A stretch of DNA of 15,272 nucleotides from Gemmatimonadota bacterium. Lineage in GTDB: Bacteria; Gemmatimonadota; Gemmatimonadetes; Gemmatimonadales; GWC2-71-9. The notes below the pieces were generated by a model, which was not told where the DNA came from, did not search any database, and saw only the letters and a list, made by a program, of their open reading frames with translations. The stretch covers positions 1 to 15,272 of the forward strand of contig JBDHAB010000060.1 in assembly GCA_039588295.1 (NCBI GenBank), read 5' to 3'. Positions within the stretch are counted from its first letter, which is position 1, and every line of letters starts with the position of its first letter. Below, piece after piece: positions 1-8,476 of this stretch. Made by a program: the position numbers and the translations under genes.

Positions 1-2078
1 TCACGCTGCCGTTCGGGTTTCAGATCCGGGTTGCCGGCGGTGTTGCTGGGAACCAGACCCGGCAGACCGCCGTACGCCACGTCGAAGTAGTTGTCAAACC
101 GGCTGTACAGCCCGGGCGGCTGTCCACCAGTCTGGCCGTACGCGCCACGGAGTCGCATGGAGCTGATGGTCCCGCCCAGCGCCTCCTGCCAGAAGCTCGT
201 CTCTCCCAGGACGTACGACACGCTCACCCGCGGGAACAGCTGCCAGCGCTGGTCCGTCCCAAATGCGGACGACGCATCGAGGTTGACCCCGCCGGAGAGG
301 TAGAGCTGGTCGCTCACACTCACACGCTCCTCGAGGAACCAGTCCAGCGTGCGGAATTCGGAAATCGACTGCGATGCGAACTGTGTGGCGCCGCCCACCA
401 GCGTCTGCTCGGGTGGGAGATCCCGCGCCGCCGCGCTCACCACCTCGCCGCGGTCGTTGGTGTAGCGGAACCCAAGCGTGGTAGTCAGTCCAATGGTCGG
501 CGAGAGCTGCCCCACATGACTGACCGTGATGTCGGTGTTGAACTGGCGGGAGAACCGTATCGGGTTTTGGATCAAGCCGGTATAACTGGCCGATCTGGAT
601 GCCGGCGGCTCCAGCAGCTTGGATGCCTGCCGGTAGTCGTCAAGCCCGATCACGTAGCGCACCGTCACGTTGCGCAGCGGTTGGATCCTCAACTCCGCGC
701 TCCCCTGGAACCGGTTCACCTTCTCGGGAGCTTGCCAGTTTTCCAGCACGTCGAACGGGTTGACCCCAAGGATCGGGTTGTACGGATACCGGCCGAGCAC
801 CTCGTCGAAATTCGGATCCACGGACGGTGGCGTGAAGATGATGCTCGTCAGCACGCCCGACGTCTGCTCGCCCCCAATCACGAAGTTCGCCTCCGACTCC
901 ATGTAGCTTCCGCGCAACGACAACTCGATTCTGTCCGACACCTGCTGCGTCACATTCGCACGGAGGCTCAACCGTTCATAGTCGTTCTCTTGCAGGATGC
1001 CCTGCTCGTAGCCGTAGCTTCCTGCGAAGTAGTAGCGCGTGGCCGGGCTTCCACCGGACACCGACAGCCGGTTCGTCGACGAGAGACCGGTGCGCCAGAT
1101 CTGATCCTGGATGTCGGTGCGTGTCACCGTCGCACCGACTGAATCCGCACCACCCCAGATGACGTCCGCAATCGTCGCCAGTGGCTCGGAGATCAGCTTG
1201 TAGCGCTTGGGCGTCGCGTTGGCCGCAACCTCTGAGGTGAACCGGACCTGCGCGTCACCCGAGCGGCCACGATTGGTGAAGATCTGAATCACGCCGTTGT
1301 TTGCGCGGGATCCGTAGAGTGCCGCAGCCGCTGCGCCCTTCAGCACCTCGATCCGCTCGATGTCCGCAGGGTCGAGATCGGCCAAGCGATTGGCCAGACC
1401 CGCGTTACCGCGGCCCGCGTTGGCCCCAATGCTCACGAGTGCCGCGTTGCTGTTGTCCACGAACACCCCGTCCACCACGTACAGCGGTTCGGCGCCGCCG
1501 AGAATGGAGCTGGTCCCCCGGAGCCGAACACTCACACCGCCGCCGGGTTGGCCCGAGTGCTCGGAGATCAATGCGCCGGTCACCTTCCCTTGCAGCGCTT
1601 GATCGACCGCGCTGGCACCCGGCGCCCCGCTCACTTCCTCACCGGCGACCGTCTCAATCGTGTTGCCGAGCACGCGTCGTTCTGCGGGCGCGGCCACACC
1701 GGTTACCACGACTTCATCGAGCGCCACGGCCGTGAGCTCGAGTGAGACCGGCGGGACCTGGATGGCCCGTGCGGTGCCGAGCGCGAGCGATTGCGTCACT
1801 CGCCGCCGACCGAGCAAGGTGAATTGGAGTTGGTAGGTGCCGGCCGGCGCCTGAATGAGAAGGTCGTACTGACCGCGGGAATCCGTGAGCGCCGTGCGCC
1901 CGGTGCCGCGCAGCGTTACGGAAACGTCTGCAAGCGGCTGAAGCGTTTGGGCGTCACGCACGGTTCCCTGAATGACGTACGGCTGCTGTTGTGCCGCAGC
2001 AGCCGCTGGCACGAGTATCGTGCCCAGTGCGGCGAACGCGAACGCCGCCGCCACACATACCAAGCGTCGTGCGTACAT
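1..2078 (-). CDS. SusC/RagA-family TonB-dependent outer-membrane receptor, N-terminal ~690 aa (3' end outside window)
   Basis: Manual translation from ATG at 2078 gives signal peptide MYARRLVCVAAAFAFAALGTILVPAAAAAQ, a carboxypeptidase-regulatory-like domain (IQGTVRDAQTLQPLADVSV), LDEVVVTG, and plug motifs VRLRGTSSILGGAEPLYVVDGV and DLDPADIERIEVLKGAAAAALYGSRANNGVIQIFT. Barrel motifs DASSAFG..RWQLFPRVS and GNPDLKPERQ appear near the edge. The frame was the same at all spot-checked positions. RBS GGGAGG at 2090-2085. Not in the ORF track because there is no stop in the window. Confidence 0.96.
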   Translation of the reverse strand, partial: MYARRLVCVAAAFAFAALGTILVPAAAAAQQQPYVIQGTVRDAQTLQPLADVSVTLRGTGRTALTDSRGQYDLLIQAPAGTYQLQFTLLGRRRVTQSLALGTARAIQVPPVSLELTAVALDEVVVTGVAAPAERRVLGNTIETVAGEEVSGAPGASAVDQALQGKVTGALISEHSGQPGGGVSVRLRGTSSILGGAEPLYVVDGVFVDNSNAALVSIGANAGRGNAGLANRLADLDPADIERIEVLKGAAAAALYGSRANNGVIQIFTNRGRSGDAQVRFTSEVAANATPKRYKLISEPLATIADVIWGGADSVGATVTRTDIQDQIWRTGLSSTNRLSVSGGSPATRYYFAGSYGYEQGILQENDYERLSLRANVTQQVSDRIELSLRGSYMESEANFVIGGEQTSGVLTSIIFTPPSVDPNFDEVLGRYPYNPILGVNPFDVLENWQAPEKVNRFQGSAELRIQPLRNVTVRYVIGLDDYRQASKLLEPPASRSASYTGLIQNPIRFSRQFNTDITVSHVGQLSPTIGLTTTLGFRYTNDRGEVVSAAARDLPPEQTLVGGATQFASQSISEFRTLDWFLEERVSVSDQLYLSGGVNLDASSAFGTDQRWQLFPRVSVSYVLGETSFWQEALGGTISSMRLRGAYGQTGGQPPGLYSRFDNYFDVAYGGLPGLVPSNTAGNPDLKPERQR

Positions 2079-2195
2079 AGACCGCCTCCCATCGGCATGC
2101 CACCCATCCCCACGCGACGGTCATGATCGGTCGGGCCGCCCCATGGAGATGGGCGGGGTAAGTCACCGTCAATCCGACTACGATTTGGTATCGCT

Positions 2196-2224
2196 ACCGT
2201 ATGCTCGTACCTCGGCGCTGTCAA
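2196..2224 (-). promoter_or_regulatory. sigma70-type promoter for the susC-like gene
   Basis: TTGACA (2224-2219), 17-nt spacer, TACGGT (2201-2196; TAnnnT) on the - strand, about 120 nt upstream of the ATG. Confidence 0.6.
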
Positions 2225-2277
2225 GCACGGTGCGGCCTGTTCCGGGCCCCACGGCGGGCGAGGCGGGAGGCTCGCGG

Positions 2278-4518
2278 CTACGATCCCTCCACTAACCGAG
2301 TTACTTCTTCGAGAATACCGGCCAGACGTTGAACGGCGGCAGCCACGCGTTCCATCTGTTCGTCCACTTCCGTCCACTCGCGCTGCTCGATTCCCTCGCG
2401 CACTCCCGGCAGCGTCTTGACCCCGTACCCCGTGTAAAACCCGGGCGCGTAGATCGTGTGGCGGAACCAGGGCCGCCGGGGCAATCCCGTCTCGTCGCCC
2501 AGCGCACGTTCGGCGCCGATGAGCAGGCGGTTCAGCCGACCCGCGTCCGACGCGGAGAGTGCACCACCGTCCATCCGGTGCTCCAGCGCCGTGTCGTAGC
2601 GTTCTGCAACATTCTCGAGTCGCGCCAGCGCGTTCTCGAGTGGCGCGAAGTTGAGGTACGGCACCGCGGCCCGTGGAGTGGGCGGCACATACGCCTTCGT
2701 GGGATCCGCCGCAAGCGTGTACGCACCGTCCGCGATACGCGCATTCCGCTGCTCGGTGTCCTTACGCATGCTATCCGCGAGTTCGACCACCTCTTCCAGG
2801 TACCGCTCGAGGGTTGATGCGAGGTTGGCGAACCGAAACGGCAGCACCTCCGCGTTGGCCAACCGCAACGTCATGCGTCCGGCAGTCTTGGCCAACGTCA
2901 CACCGTAGGCAAATGCCGGGTCTCCGAACCGGGTGTAATGATCGAACGAGTCAAAGATGGAGTGGTACGATCCACCACCGCCTTCGCCGCCGTAGCTCAC
3001 CATGAGCGACGGGATAGTGAGGTACTGGAGGAACGCGCTGTAGTCCGAGCCGGACCCGAGCGCGTAGATACGAAGATCCTCTTCCGTTTCGGCGGCATGG
3101 TCTCCGGTCACCCGCCGTCGCGCACGCAACCGCTCCGCCACGCTCACATCGGTCTGCGGATCGTTTACGTCGTTTGCGACCTGGTTCACGAACCGCTCGA
3201 GCACGTGCGAGCCACCCACGTTCAAGAAGCCGCGGAAGTTGCTGTCGGTGTTGAGGTAGACGACCGCCTTCTCCTTCAACTCGGCCGCGTGGTGCTCGGC
3301 CCACTCGGTGGAACCGAGGAGACCGGGTTCCTCCGCATCCCATGCGGCGTAGACGATCGTCCGTTTGGGTCGCCACCCGGTCGTGGCGAGCGCACCCACG
3401 GCCCGCGCCTCGTCCAGCAGCGCCACCATGCCGCTCATCGGGTCCGCCGCTCCGAACACCCAGGCGTCGTGATGGTTGCCGCGAATCACCCACTGATCCG
3501 GATACTCGCTCCCCTCGAGCTTGGCGATCACGTTGTACGCGGGCCGAAGACTCCAGTCGAACGCGAGCTTGACGTGCACCTTGGCAGGCCCGGGACCGAT
3601 GTGATACGTGAGCGGCAACGCGCCCCGCCATCCCTCGGGCGCCACCGGACCACCCAGCGCCTCGAGCAACGGTTGGGCGTCGGTGTAGGAGATCGGCAGC
3701 ACGGGGATCTTCATAATCGTGGGCGCCTCCGCCACCGACAGCCGCTCGGCGTCACGCGTCGCTCCAACGAACGGCGTCAACGGATCGCCGGGATAGGTCG
3801 GCATGTCGACCACCGAACCGCGCTGCGCGCCCTCCGCCATGCGCCATGCCCCCTCCGGGTACACGTCGCCCTGGCGGTAGCCGTCGTTGAACGGATCCGA
3901 GTATAGGATGCACCCGATCGCTCCGTGTTCCGCCGCCACTTTGGGTTTGATCCCGCGCCACGACGCGCCATAGCGCGCGATCACGATCTTCCCCTCGACG
4001 CTGATCCCGCGGCGTTCCAACTCCTCGTAGTCGGCCGGGATGCCGTAGTTCACGTAGACCAACTCGGCCGTGACATCGCCGTCCGCCGAGTACGCGTTGT
4101 ACGGTGGGAGCCGGCCGGCGACGATCCTGCTGGTCTCGTCCTCTTCGAGCGTGGGCTCCGCGAGCTTGGCGCTGAATGTGACCGGCTCGACTAACTCCAC
4201 CACCCGCACCGTGGGCGTCGGGAGCAACACGTGGAATGTCTCGATCTCCACGTCATAGCCCCACGACCGGAATTGCCGCGCCATCCACTCGGCGTTCTCC
4301 TTGGTGTGCGGTGCGCCGACGTGGTTGGGCGCCGAGGACAGATGCTCCACCCACGTCCGCAGACTGTCTGCGCTGAGGAACGTGTCGAACCGCGCTTCGA
4401 GCGCGCGCTGTCGGTCACTCGACTGGGCCGTGAAGCCCAGCAAACCGTCGTCAGCGGATCGCGGGGTGAACGCCAGTGCGGTGACAGCCACGAGCACAGC
4501 GGAGAGATGGTGACGCAT
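2278..4518 (-). CDS. M28B metallopeptidase, glutamate carboxypeptidase II / transferrin-receptor-like (PA domain + M28 + TFR dimerisation domain), secreted
   Basis: Zn-ligand and catalytic motifs GNHHDAW, ADPMSG, WDAEEPGLLGS, YLNTD, GSGSDY, YHSIFD. PA domain (VYVNYG..DY..L, GKIVIARYG..WRGIK). C-terminal GLPRRPWFRHTIYAPG..TGY. Signal peptide MRHHLSAVLVAVTALAF from ATG 4518. An alternative GTG at 4575 overlaps the nagB stop. Confidence 0.93.
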   Translation of the reverse strand: MRHHLSAVLVAVTALAFTPRSADDGLLGFTAQSSDRQRALEARFDTFLSADSLRTWVEHLSSAPNHVGAPHTKENAEWMARQFRSWGYDVEIETFHVLLPTPTVRVVELVEPVTFSAKLAEPTLEEDETSRIVAGRLPPYNAYSADGDVTAELVYVNYGIPADYEELERRGISVEGKIVIARYGASWRGIKPKVAAEHGAIGCILYSDPFNDGYRQGDVYPEGAWRMAEGAQRGSVVDMPTYPGDPLTPFVGATRDAERLSVAEAPTIMKIPVLPISYTDAQPLLEALGGPVAPEGWRGALPLTYHIGPGPAKVHVKLAFDWSLRPAYNVIAKLEGSEYPDQWVIRGNHHDAWVFGAADPMSGMVALLDEARAVGALATTGWRPKRTIVYAAWDAEEPGLLGSTEWAEHHAAELKEKAVVYLNTDSNFRGFLNVGGSHVLERFVNQVANDVNDPQTDVSVAERLRARRRVTGDHAAETEEDLRIYALGSGSDYSAFLQYLTIPSLMVSYGGEGGGGSYHSIFDSFDHYTRFGDPAFAYGVTLAKTAGRMTLRLANAEVLPFRFANLASTLERYLEEVVELADSMRKDTEQRNARIADGAYTLAADPTKAYVPPTPRAAVPYLNFAPLENALARLENVAERYDTALEHRMDGGALSASDAGRLNRLLIGAERALGDETGLPRRPWFRHTIYAPGFYTGYGVKTLPGVREGIEQREWTEVDEQMERVAAAVQRLAGILEEVTRLVEGS

Positions 4519-4571
4519 GGTCGGTTCCGATGGTGTGGGAATCGAGGAGGTAATGAGGTCAGCCGGCCCGC

Positions 4572-5354
4572 TCACATCCTGGGTGCTCCCGGCTTCGCCT
4601 GATAGATGAAGTCGTAATAGTCGCGCATCGTGAGCTCACTCGCCGCAGCTTCGTCGACGATCACGTCCGCGTCGCGGTGCAGCTGCAACGCGCTGGCCGT
4701 GATCATACTGGTGACCGGTCCCTCGACCGCCTGCGCGATGGCCTTGGCCTTGGTCTTCCCGGTCGCCACGAGGATCAACTTTCGCGCATCGAGGATCGTT
4801 CCGACACCCATCGTGATGGCATAGATCGGAACCTCCGCGCGATTCTCGAAGAAACGGGCGTTATCGTCGATGGTTCGCTTCGACAGCGTCTTGAGGCGCG
4901 TCCGTGAGCTCAGGGAGCTGGTGGGCTCGTTGAAGGCGATGTGTCCGTCCGAGCCGATCCCCAGGATCTGTACGTCGATCCCGCCGCATTCGGCGATGCG
5001 TTGCTCGTACCACTCGCAGAAGGCCGGGTAGTTGCTGGTCGTCCCCGACGGGATGTTGATGTTATGCGGCGGGATGTTCACGTGCCGGAAGAAGTGCTCG
5101 TGCATGAAGTAGTGGTAGCTCTGCGGGTGATCGACCGGCAGGCCCACGTATTCGTCGAGGTTGAACGTGGTGACGTGCGCGAAGTCGACTTCCTTTTCCT
5201 TGTGGAGCCGTACCAGCTCCTGATAAAGACCCAGCGGCGTGGACCCGGTCGCCATGCCGAGCACCGCGTTGGGCTTGGCATTCAGCACCTCGACAACGAT
5301 CGCGGCCGCGACCTTGCTCATCTCCGCGTAATCCTTCTTGATGATGACTTCCAT
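4572..5354 (-). CDS. nagB: glucosamine-6-phosphate deaminase (260 aa)
   Basis: Motifs VLGMATGSTPLGLY, TFNLDEYVGL, LGIGSDGHIAFNEP, AITMGVGTIL, SALQLH. Start MEVIIKKDY at ATG 5354 with GGAG upstream. The 64-aa extension in the ORF track is not NagB-like. Confidence 0.97.
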   Translation of the reverse strand: MEVIIKKDYAEMSKVAAAIVVEVLNAKPNAVLGMATGSTPLGLYQELVRLHKEKEVDFAHVTTFNLDEYVGLPVDHPQSYHYFMHEHFFRHVNIPPHNINIPSGTTSNYPAFCEWYEQRIAECGGIDVQILGIGSDGHIAFNEPTSSLSSRTRLKTLSKRTIDDNARFFENRAEVPIYAITMGVGTILDARKLILVATGKTKAKAIAQAVEGPVTSMITASALQLHRDADVIVDEAAASELTMRDYYDFIYQAKPGAPRM

Positions 5355-5536
5355 GGCGGCGCTCCGGAGGCAGGTTGCCCAGTGTCCGACCAAAGCTACG
5401 ACGCTCGCCGATGAACGGATAGACGGACCGGGTCGGCGAGATGGTGTTCTTGGCGGTACTATTCTCCTCGCAGGGATCCGGGCTGCTCTGTGGGCCCGGG
5501 CACGCTTTTCGGACTTCACGCGAGGTTTCGTCAACG

Positions 5537-7153
5537 ATGCAGGCACGTCTCACAGCAGCGCTCGTTACCGCCCTCACGCTCGGGACCGTGGCGTGCGCCT
5601 CCGATCCGGCACAAGAGATCACCGCGGGCGGTATTCGCGTCGACGTCACCGCTCTCGCGGCGGACAGTATGGAGGGGCGGGCACCCGGCACGCCGGGCGG
5701 GGCACGGGCGGCGCGGTACGTCGCCCAGCGGTTCGAGCAGATCGGCCTGGAGCCGGTGGGTAACTCGTACATGCTTCCCATCGAGTTGGTCGGCATGCGC
5801 AAGAACGCGGAGCAATCGTCACTCACGATCCGTGGGCCGGACGGCGCGCTCGCGCTGGTGGACGACGAGAACTTCACCTACTGGTCCACCGCGGAGAAGG
5901 AAGTGGTCGACCTGAGGAACGTGCCGCTCGTCTTCGTGGGCTACGGGGTCGAGGCGCCCGAGTACGGCTGGGACGATTTCAAGGGCGAGGACATGCGTGG
6001 CAAGGTGCTCCTGTTCCTGAATAACGATCCGCCTATCGAGGAAGACGGCGAGGCGTTGTTCGGCGGGCCGGCGCGCACGTACTACGGACGCTGGACCTAC
6101 AAGTTCGAGCAGGCCATGAAGCACGGGGCGGTGGGTGCGATGGTGATCCACACTGCCGAGTCCGCCAGCTACGGTTTCAGCGTGATCGGCAATACCGGCT
6201 CGCGCCGCATCTGGCAGCGGACCTACCTGCTCGATTTGCTCTCCTGGATCGACTCGACCGCCACCGAGCGCATCGCGGGCTCGATGGGTACGACGCTTTC
6301 CGGCCTGTTCGACATGGCGGCGCAGCGCGACTTCCGGCCGCGGGATACCGGGTATCGACTAACCGCGCACATCGAGACCGCGATTGAGCGGGTCGCGGCG
6401 AACAACGTCGCGGGTGTGGTGCGTGGCTCGGACCCCGGCCTGGCGGATCAGTATCTCGTGTTCACCGCCCACTACGATCACCTTGGCATGAATCCCGCCA
6501 TCGAAGGTGACGACAAGATCTTCAACGGTGCGTTGGACAACGCCCTGGGCGTCGCGGCAGTCATCGCCGCAGCCCGGGCAGCCGCAGCCGCCCAACCTCG
6601 GCGATCGATGATGTTCCTCGCGGTGACTGCGGAAGAGGGCGGCCTGCTCGGCAGCAGCGCGTTCGTCGAGCATCCACCCATCCCGCGTTCACAGATCGTC
6701 GCCAACTTCAACGTGGACTCTCCGCAGGCGCTCGGCGTGACCAATGACGCCGCGGCCATCGGGATTGACATGAGCACATTGGGCACGGTGTTCACCGCCG
6801 TGGCCGAGGAGAACGGTCTCCGAGCGGTGGGCGATCCCAACCCGAACGCCGGGAGTTTCTACCGCTCCGATCAGGTGAGCTTCGCCAAGGCCGGCATCCC
6901 CGCGCTCTATCTGCAGGCGGGCACGGACTTCGTGGAGCCGATCGGGTTCGATCCGCTGGAGTTCAAGCTGCGGCACTACCATCAGGTGACCGACGACATC
7001 CAGCCGGAGTGGGACCTCGAGGGAACCGCGCGCGACATGCGGATGTTGTTCGAGACCGCGCTCCGCGTGGCCAACGCCGACGATCAGCCACGCTGGATGC
7101 CAGGCAACGAGTTCGAGGAGGAGTGGAAGGCGCTGTACGGGCTGGAGGAGTAG
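5537..7153 (+). CDS. M28 family Zn-aminopeptidase with PA domain, predicted lipoprotein
   Basis: Lipobox-type signal MQARLTAALVTALTLGTVA-C. Motifs LAADSMEGRAPGTPG, VFVGYGV.APEYGWDDF, TYYGRWTYKFE, TAHYDHLG, NGALDNA, TAEEGGLLGS, FYRSD, YHQVTD. GAGG at 5522-5525. Confidence 0.93.
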   Translation: MQARLTAALVTALTLGTVACASDPAQEITAGGIRVDVTALAADSMEGRAPGTPGGARAARYVAQRFEQIGLEPVGNSYMLPIELVGMRKNAEQSSLTIRGPDGALALVDDENFTYWSTAEKEVVDLRNVPLVFVGYGVEAPEYGWDDFKGEDMRGKVLLFLNNDPPIEEDGEALFGGPARTYYGRWTYKFEQAMKHGAVGAMVIHTAESASYGFSVIGNTGSRRIWQRTYLLDLLSWIDSTATERIAGSMGTTLSGLFDMAAQRDFRPRDTGYRLTAHIETAIERVAANNVAGVVRGSDPGLADQYLVFTAHYDHLGMNPAIEGDDKIFNGALDNALGVAAVIAAARAAAAAQPRRSMMFLAVTAEEGGLLGSSAFVEHPPIPRSQIVANFNVDSPQALGVTNDAAAIGIDMSTLGTVFTAVAEENGLRAVGDPNPNAGSFYRSDQVSFAKAGIPALYLQAGTDFVEPIGFDPLEFKLRHYHQVTDDIQPEWDLEGTARDMRMLFETALRVANADDQPRWMPGNEFEEEWKALYGLEE

Positions 7154-7232
7154 GGCGAAGTCCGCGCACCACATCTACGTAAGAACGCACCCATCTGCGG
7201 GCGTCCGGTTACGACTTCCCTGGCGTCACCGC

Positions 7233-7250
7233 TATACAATTACTTATATA
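7233..7250. promoter_or_regulatory. AT-rich imperfect palindrome, likely operator/-10 region of the XRE gene
   Basis: TATACAA-TTAC-TTATATA (6/7 inverted match, contains TACAAT) in otherwise GC-rich DNA, 35 nt upstream of the HTH gene. Confidence 0.55.
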
Positions 7251-7284
7251 TCGACACCTGCCTCCAACACTGGAGTTTGTAGTA

Positions 7285-7596
7285 GTGGGCATGGCTCCGA
7301 AGGTGCGTCGTGGCGGCGCGAACGTCTTCTCGGATCTGGGATTCTCCCCGCAGGAAGCGGAGCATCTTCGGGTTCGCGCCGATCTCATGATTGCGTTGAG
7401 CAGAGTGATTGAAGATCGCGGCTTGACGCAGGTCGCGGCGGCGGAGCTGTTGGGCGTCTCGCAGCCACGGGTCAGCGATCTGGTACGCGGCAAGATCGAG
7501 CGCTTCAGCATCGACATGCTGGTCAAGATGCTCGGTCACGCCGGGGTGCGGGTCCAGTTCGACGTGTTGGGTAGCCTTCATGGCTCCCGCGCTTAA
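7285..7596 (+). CDS. XRE-family HTH protein, HigA-like antitoxin type (HTH_37-like), no adjacent toxin
   Basis: NVFSDLGFSPQEAEHL..RADLM N-terminus and HTH GLTQVAAAELLGVSQPRVSDLVRGKIERFSIDML. Start is GTG 7285 (GGAG at 7272-7275) or ATG 7291. Confidence 0.9.
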   Translation: MGMAPKVRRGGANVFSDLGFSPQEAEHLRVRADLMIALSRVIEDRGLTQVAAAELLGVSQPRVSDLVRGKIERFSIDMLVKMLGHAGVRVQFDVLGSLHGSRA

Positions 7597-7618
7597 CGGA
7601 CCCCGCGCGGGAACGCCC

Positions 7619-7740
7619 TGCCAACACGGATTGAGTCCGCCCCTGTACGATCCGCAGTTCTGATTTGCCTCCGATGCCGTAGAGAAACACCGCTTGTTGC
7701 GTGAGTTCGGTGCGGGCGCTCAATCCTCGAGACATCAGTA
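7619..7740 (+). repeat. long imperfect inverted repeat, degenerate attC-like
   Basis: TGCCAAC (7619-7625), then GGATTGAG-TCCGC (7628-7640) pairing with GCGGG-CG-CTCAATCC (7712-7726). The right end lacks an intact GTTRRRY. Confidence 0.35.
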
Positions 7741-7816
7741 TCGAAGGGGGTCTCACTTACCTTGACACCGTCTGTTACCGCCTGCCTCTTTGCATATCCC
7801 TTCCAAGGAGACCGCG

Positions 7817-8344
7817 ATGCGTCGCACGATTCTGCCCCTCTTGGTCTTCGCTGCCGCTGCCTGTCAGCCCGCGACGGTCGAAACCGCGGTCCAACTCTCT
7901 GCGGAAGAGCGCGCGGCCATCGCGGCCGAAGTCGACTCGGTGGCGAGCGACTGGTGGGCGGCGTGGGAGGCCGTCGATTTCGATCGAGGCATGTCGTTCT
8001 TGGCTGATGCGCCAGAGGCAGCATGGGCCGGTGACGACGGGGTCCTCTACACGGTGGCCGCCATGTCGGAGGCATGGACGCCGTGGGCCGAGGGGCTCCA
8101 GACACAGAGCATCGAGTTCACTGACGCACGGACGATCGTGCTGGCGCCCGACGTCGTCTACACGATTCGCAGTTACACCAACGTGCAGACACACGCGGGC
8201 GGAACCGTGGCGCCTGAACTCCGCGGCGTAGAAACACTGGTGTGGGCCAAGCGCGATGGCACGTGGAAGGTGCTGCTGGGTCATGAATCGATGCTTCAGG
8301 AATCGTGGCAGGCACGGCTGGACTACGAGGCGACGCTGCCGTAG
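7817..8344 (+). CDS. NTF2-like / SnoaL / DUF4440-type lipoprotein (175 aa)
   Basis: RBS AAGGAG at 7805-7810. Lipobox MRRTILPLLVFAAAA-C. NTF2-fold pattern: helix AIAAEV..WWAAWEAVDFD, IVLAPDVVY, TLVWAKRDGTWKVLLGHES. Confidence 0.85.
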   Translation: MRRTILPLLVFAAAACQPATVETAVQLSAEERAAIAAEVDSVASDWWAAWEAVDFDRGMSFLADAPEAAWAGDDGVLYTVAAMSEAWTPWAEGLQTQSIEFTDARTIVLAPDVVYTIRSYTNVQTHAGGTVAPELRGVETLVWAKRDGTWKVLLGHESMLQESWQARLDYEATLP

Positions 8345-8347
8345 TCC

Positions 8348-8379
8348 GCGTCACAGGTGTGCCTGTCTGCCTGTGACGC
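8348..8379. repeat. 10-bp stem hairpin immediately after the NTF2 stop codon
   Basis: GCGTCACAGG (8348-8357), 12-nt loop, CCTGTGACGC (8370-8379). Confidence 0.7.
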
Positions 8380-8410
8380 TGCGCCCGACCTGATGCGAGC
8401 TTCACCTAAC

Positions 8411-8442
8411 CGAAAGCCCCGAGCAGATGCTCGGGGCTTTCG
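8411..8442. terminator. bidirectional Rho-independent terminator
   Basis: Perfect inverted repeat CGAAAGCCCCGAGCA-GA-TGCTCGGGGCTTTCG with TTT on both strands, between convergent reading frames. Confidence 0.85.
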
Positions 8443-8476
8443 TCCATACCCGCGGCCGTGCGAACTACGGCAACGC

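Noticed and set aside
2136..2157. GC hairpin in the susC-like 5' leader as a riboswitch
   Set aside because: No recognisable cobalamin, TPP or other aptamer consensus. Only a short bulged stem in GC-rich DNA.
91..2377. ORF-track entries over the left end (e.g. 516..1142 +, 1301..1735 +, 1916..2377 -)
   Set aside because: They are antisense or off-frame shadows of the SusC-like gene and its promoter, with Arg/Pro-rich non-protein composition.
2938..3906. 322-aa + strand ORF
   Set aside because: Antisense shadow of the GCPII-like peptidase, expected in high-GC coding DNA.
5355..5546. N-terminal extensions of nagB (to 5546) and the M28 peptidase (from 5441), which would make them overlap
   Set aside because: Homology, signal peptide and RBS point to ATG 5354 and ATG 5537. 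The region is a divergent intergenic spacer.
7762..7795. TTGACA upstream of the NTF2 gene as a full promoter
   Set aside because: No TAnnnT hexamer at 16-18 nt spacing, so it was not called as a feature.
7593..8284. ORFs 7523..7756 -, 7593..8105 -, 7701..8231 + and 7775..8284 - as the missing toxin
   Set aside because: No RelE/HigB-like features. They overlap the well-supported NTF2 lipoprotein or the inverted repeat.
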